DNA of 32,000 nt. It comes from Phycisphaera mikurensis NBRC 102666 (GTDB lineage: Bacteria > Planctomycetota > Phycisphaerae > Phycisphaerales > Phycisphaeraceae). A program made the translations under genes and the position numbers. The stretch lies in NCBI RefSeq assembly GCF_000284115.1, contig NC_017080.1:1170001-1202000 (forward strand). The letters are read 5' to 3'. Position 1 is the first letter of the stretch; every line of letters starts with the position of its first letter. Below the pieces are notes generated by a model, which saw nothing but the letters and a program-made list of their open reading frames with translations, ran no database searches and was not told where the DNA came from. Below, in pieces: positions 26,956 to 32,000 of the stretch.

Positions 26956-27852
26956 CTACCCGCCCGCGGGGAACTCGCCGAGCAGCTGGAAGCTCCCGGT
27001 GGGCTGCGGCGACCCGCCGGCGGGCTCGTCGGTGATCGCCGCGAGGACGGCGGTGCCCTCGCCGCCGGGGAGCTCCAGCTGCAGCGCGACGCTGCCGTCG
27101 GCCTCCGCGTCGAAGACCGCCAGCGACCGCTTGATGCCCGCGTCGTCCACCGACCACAGCTGGTAGTCCCCGGCGTCGCCGGCCGGCCGCAGCCCCCGCG
27201 CGTAGAGGTAGAACCGGGCGGCGTCGGCGTCCCACAGCAGCCGGGCGTGCGCGGAAGGCTGAGCCGGGGTGCCCGCCAGCACCACCAACTCGACGGCGCG
27301 CGACGCGAGCGCGGTCCGGAGCGACGCGAGGCGGACCCGGTCGGCTTCCAGGGAGAACAGGGCCTCCCGTTGCGCCGCGACCTCGGCCCGCAGCGCCGCG
27401 ATCGTCTGTGCGCGGCTCCGCCGCTCGGCGTCGCTCCAGGCGAAGAAGGCCGCGGCGGTCAGGGCGGCGGCGACGGCGCCGCCGACGAGGCCCCAGGGCC
27501 ATCCGCGAGCGGCGGCGGCGGGGGTTACCCGCCGGCGGGCGGCGGCCGCGGGCACGCCGCCGGCCGTGGCCGTGGCCGTGGCCGCGTCGGCGATGCCCGC
27601 CATCAGCCTCGCCCGCAGCGCCGGCGGCGGCGGGACCGGCTCGAGCGAGCCGGCGAGCGCCGCCAGCGTCGTCTCGGCTTCGCTCCACGCCCGCAGCGCC
27701 GCCGGGTCCCCCGCGTCCAGCAGCGCCTTGGCGCGGACCTGCTCCTCCGGCTCGGCGCGGCCGGCGACGACCACGAGCATCAACGCACGCACCGCGTCGT
27801 CGGGCGTCGGCTCGGGGGTGGCGTCGGGCATCGGGAGGTCGTCGGGGCTCAC
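26956..27852 (-). CDS. Anti-sigma factor, RskA (anti-sigma-K) C-terminal domain type, single TM
   Basis: GTG start 27852 overlaps the sigma-factor stop (GTGA, 27849-27852). Central TM is WPWGLVGGAVAAALTAAAFFAW. The C-terminal ...ARLLWDADAARFYLYARGLRP...YQLWSVDDAG...AVLAAITDEPAGG is typical of the RskA extracytoplasmic domain. Confidence 0.75.
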   Translation of the reverse strand: MSPDDLPMPDATPEPTPDDAVRALMLVVVAGRAEPEEQVRAKALLDAGDPAALRAWSEAETTLAALAGSLEPVPPPPALRARLMAGIADAATATATAGGVPAAAARRRVTPAAAARGWPWGLVGGAVAAALTAAAFFAWSDAERRSRAQTIAALRAEVAAQREALFSLEADRVRLASLRTALASRAVELVVLAGTPAQPSAHARLLWDADAARFYLYARGLRPAGDAGDYQLWSVDDAGIKRSLAVFDAEADGSVALQLELPGGEGTAVLAAITDEPAGGSPQPTGSFQLLGEFPAGG

Positions 27853-28454
27853 CGCTGCTCGCCCCCCCTCTCACGTCGGAGCACGCCGTCGCGGAGCTTG
27901 AGAAGCCCGCGGCGGATGCGGGTCTTGACGGTGCCCAGCGGGAGGCCCAGGGCGTCCGCGATCTCGCGGTGGCTCAGGTCGTCGAAGAAGGAAAGCTCCA
28001 CGGCCCGCCGCTCCGGCTCGCTGAGGGCTCCCAGCGCCGCGTCGATCCGGGCGCGCTGCTCGTCTTGGAGGAGGCCATCGAGCGGTTCCCCCGCCGAGGG
28101 GTCGGCCCGGCCGTCGAGGACGCCGAAGCCGTCGCCCCCGGTGCCCCGGGCCTCCTGCGAGCTGCGCCGCCGTCGGAGCCGATCGATGGCGCGGCTGCGG
28201 CACACGGTCATGAGGTACGTACGCGGCTGGCTCCGCTGCGGATTGAAGCGGTCCGCCCGCTCCCAGAGCTCGTGGAAGACGTCCAGCGTCAGCTGCTCGG
28301 CCTCGGCGTGATCGCGGAGCACCCGCAGGCAGAACGCCATCACCAGCCCGGCGTGCCGGTCGTAGAGCGTCGCGAGCGCCTCGGGCCGCCGCTTTACCAG
28401 CGCGGCCATCAGCACCAGATCGCTGTCGGCCTCGCCTGGTGCGGGGCCCGGCAT
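27849..28454 (-). CDS. ECF (group 4) sigma-70 family RNA polymerase sigma factor
   Basis: Region 2 is DVFHELWERADRFNPQRSQPRTYLMTVCRSRAIDRLRRR. Region 4 is LSEPERRAVELSFFDDLSHREIADALGLPLGTVKTRIRRGLLKLR. Start ATG 28454 gives about 201 aa. The longer track ORF adds an Arg/Pro-rich shadow. Confidence 0.85.
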   Translation of the reverse strand: MPGPAPGEADSDLVLMAALVKRRPEALATLYDRHAGLVMAFCLRVLRDHAEAEQLTLDVFHELWERADRFNPQRSQPRTYLMTVCRSRAIDRLRRRRSSQEARGTGGDGFGVLDGRADPSAGEPLDGLLQDEQRARIDAALGALSEPERRAVELSFFDDLSHREIADALGLPLGTVKTRIRRGLLKLRDGVLRRERGGEQR

Positions 28455-28887
28455 CGCGGGGTCGGGATCGGGAGCGGGAGCGGGCAAGGGGCGGGCGACG
28501 GTAGCCCCGCCCCGCGAGCCCGCCCCACGCCGGGGAGGGCGGGGGAACCCTGAATCCGGCCGCCGCCGCCGGCCGTATCCCTTGCCGTCGGGCCGCGCCG
28601 CCACGGGGCGGCCCGCGACGGAGCCACGGCGCGGGAGAAGCCGGTCGCGGCGGCGAAGCGACGGGATCCCGGGGGAGCGGCGGGGCCCGCCGCCGCTTCG
28701 CAGAGGCGGCGGGCCCGCTCGCGCCCGGCGCCCGGTCCGGGGGCGGTCGATCGCGGGTACCGAGCGGGGCGGTGTCGCCGCGGACCGTGGCGTCCTCGGC
28801 TCGTTTCTGCTCGCGGTCCGCGGGCCGGGGTTTAGGCTCTCCGGGCCGCGGTCGGCGCGGCGCCCGCTCCTGCTGGAAGCCCCGCCC

Positions 28888-30870
<1,983 letters not shown>

Positions 30871-30889
30871 GGGGGGCTTCGACAGGCAG

Positions 30890-30945
30890 GCGAAGAAGCG
30901 GGGAAGCGGGGAAGCGAAGAAGCGGGGAAGCGAAGAAGCGAAGAA
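30890..30945 (+). repeat. Tandem octamer repeat (GCGRRGAA)x7, purine-rich on plus strand
   Basis: Seven contiguous 8-mers: GCGAAGAA, GCGGGGAA, GCGGGGAA, GCGAAGAA, GCGGGGAA, GCGAAGAA, GCGAAGAA. The repeat starts 20 nt after the glmS stop. Confidence 0.95.
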
Positions 30946-30947
30946 GC

Positions 30948-31513
30948 GGCCTGTGCCGGGGCCTGGACACCGGCCTGTGCCGGGGCCTGGACACCGCGTA
31001 CCCGCGTACCCGCGTACTGGGGCCTGGACACCGCGTACCGGGGCCTGGACACCGCGTACCGGGCCTCGAGAACATGGCCTGCGGGGTGCCGGGGGTGCCG
31101 GGGCCTGGACACCGCGGCCTGTGCCGGGGCCTGGACACCGCGTATCCGGAGATGAAGCACGGCCCGATCGCGCTGATCGACGAGGGCATGCCGGTGGTGT
31201 TCGTCGCGACCGGCGGCAGCCAGTACAGCAAGGTGATCTCCAACATCGGCCTGTGCCGGGGCCTGGCCTGTGCCGAGGCCTGGACACCGCGTACCCGCGT
31301 ACCGGCGTACCGGGGCCTGCGGCGTACCGGGGCCTGGACACCGCGTACCGGGCCTCGAGAACGTGGCCTGTGCCGGGGCCTGGACACCGCGTACCCGCGT
31401 ACCCGCGTACCGTACCGGGGCCTGGACACCGCGTACCGGGCCTCGAGAACGTGGCCTGTGCCGGGCCTGTGCCGGGGCCTGGACACCGCGTGGTGGACAC
31501 CGCGTGGGGACAC
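30948..31513 (+). repeat. Modular direct-repeat array built from short modules, interrupted by a glmS fragment
   Basis: The modules are GGCCTGTGCC, GGGGCCTGGACACC, GCGTACC(C) and GGGCCTCGAGAAC(A/G)TGGCCTG. There are 11 copies of GCCTGGACACC at irregular spacing, all in direct orientation. A 42-48-nt module (GGGGCCTGGACACCGCGTACCGGGCCTCGAGAACRTGGCCTG...) occurs at 31040, 31329 and 31417, and the last two copies are 88 nt apart. Confidence 0.9.
31147..31248 (+). pseudogene. 102-bp duplicated internal fragment of glmS embedded in the repeat array
   Basis: 31147-31248 matches 30542-30643 at 101/102 positions (offset 605 nt). The only difference is C30570 versus G31175. The fragment encodes (E)MKHGPIALIDEGMPVVFVATGGSQYSKVISNI. 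It is flanked on both sides by GGCCTGTGCCGGGGCCTG... modules. Confidence 0.95.
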
Positions 31514-31621
31514 TGCATCAGGCCGCAACACCGCAGGGGGCGTTGCTTCTTCGAGACGGTTTCTGTACGGTCCTCCTGCCGGGTCGCCCGACCCGCTTCT
31601 CGCTCCTTCCGGAGGCTCCCT

Positions 31622-32000
31622 GTGGCACGCCGCAACCGCTGCCTGATCGTCGACCCCGACCTCCCGCAGGCGTGGCACGTCAGCAACCGCTGTGCGAGGT
31701 CTCTGTTCCTGCTGGAGCCCGAGGCACAAGACCGCGGGGATCGCGAGCCGGAGGACCACCGCAAGGAGCTGCTGCTGGCGAGGCTGGAGAAGCTGGTGGC
31801 GGTCAGCTCCATCGAGGTGCTGGCCTTCAGCGTCATGGGCAACCACCTGCACCTGGTCCTGCGCAACGTGCCCGAGGTCGGCCACGCCTGGTCGCCGCGG
31901 GAGGTGCTGGACCGCTGGCTCGCCCTGCACCCGCTGCGGAACCGCCAGGGCCCGCGGGAGCCCGAGGCCGGCGAGCTGGAGGCGCTGGTGGCCGACGAAG
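31622..32000 (+). mobile_element. HUH/Y1 transposase-like gene (IS200/RayT, COG1943-like), 3'-truncated by window edge
   Basis: Translated by hand, because it is not in the ORF track (no stop inside the window). GTG 31622 is preceded by GGAGG (31611-31615). The product is (M)ARRNRCLIVDPDLPQAWHVSNRCARSLFLL...IEVLAFSVMGNHLHLVLRNVPEVGHAWSPREVLDRWLALHP. The HV-x-NR ... NHLHLVL (H-U-H) pattern is typical of Y1 transposases of the REP-associated/IS200 family. Confidence 0.7.

Noticed and set aside
28455-28887. glmS ribozyme upstream of glmS
   Set aside because: I could not find the conserved core elements by eye, and the element is characteristic of Firmicutes-type leaders. A definitive answer needs an Rfam covariance-model scan. 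The region is retained only as a low-interest long-leader observation.
30871-31248. attTn7-type or integrative-element att-site duplication downstream of glmS
   Set aside because: Tn7-like and island att duplications involve the extreme 3' end of glmS. The duplicated piece here ends 227 nt before the stop codon, and the gene's own 3' end is not repeated. No Tn7-like tns genes or integrase are visible. The neighbouring gene is a Y1 transposase type.
30948-31513. CRISPR array interpretation of the repeat region
   Set aside because: Repeat spacing is irregular (about 21 to 149 nt). The sequence between repeats is itself made of other repeat modules rather than unique spacers. The only unique insert is 102 bp, which is too long, and it is self-derived. 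No cas genes are in the window.
31074-31646. 190-aa ORF (ATG 31074) reading through the array, giving repeated GLCRGLDTAYP(RTRV) peptides with the glmS fragment in frame (possible multi-core peptide precursor)
   Set aside because: There is no convincing RBS. The frame is merely the tail of a 2.7-kb shadow ORF (28890..31646) that is open by GC composition. The periodicity is at DNA-module level and shifts frame between copies (GLCRGLD, GPGHRVP and AWTPRT all derive from the same module). This is not fully excluded, and ribosome profiling would settle it.

Overview
This is a very GC-rich bacterial chromosomal segment (GC not computed). The gene content points to Planctomycetota, probably a Phycisphaerae-like organism: two prepilin-leader/DUF1559 H-X9-DG proteins, three PEP-CTERM proteins, an ECF sigma/RskA-type anti-sigma pair and a secreted prenyltransferase-repeat protein. 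I support about 28 CDS and one tRNA-Tyr(GTA). Because of the GC content the ORF track is full of long Arg/Pro/Gly/Ala-rich shadow ORFs. Real frames were chosen by recognisable family motifs, signal peptides, start-site context and GTGA/TTGA stop-start couplings. Gene order, left to right: GH2 (5'-truncated), then cassette 1 (secreted protein, DUF1559 pseudopilin-like, BNR/Asp-box beta-propeller hydrolase). Next come a GntR-HTH/sugar-binding regulator, a PEP-CTERM lectin-like protein, an EEP-family lipoprotein and a PEP-CTERM protein with two retropepsin-like DTGA motifs. Cassette 2 follows (secreted protein, DUF1559, GH53 galactanase, GPH sugar symporter). After it come a 2-TM beta-sandwich protein plus a small paralog, a third PEP-CTERM protein, a small P-loop NTPase and a lipoprotein SAM-methyltransferase. 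The right half holds an MFS transporter, lhgO, a flippase-like membrane protein, the prenyltransferase-repeat protein, tRNA-Tyr, a ClC/CBS channel and a metallophosphoesterase. The window ends with the anti-sigma/ECF sigma pair and glmS. The most unusual region lies immediately 3' of glmS (30890-31513). It contains a purine-rich octamer repeat and then a modular short-repeat array. A 102-bp, 101/102-identical copy of an internal glmS coding segment sits inside that array. The array is followed by a partial HUH/Y1 (IS200/RayT-like) transposase gene. No CRISPR array, rRNA or recognisable defence genes were seen.
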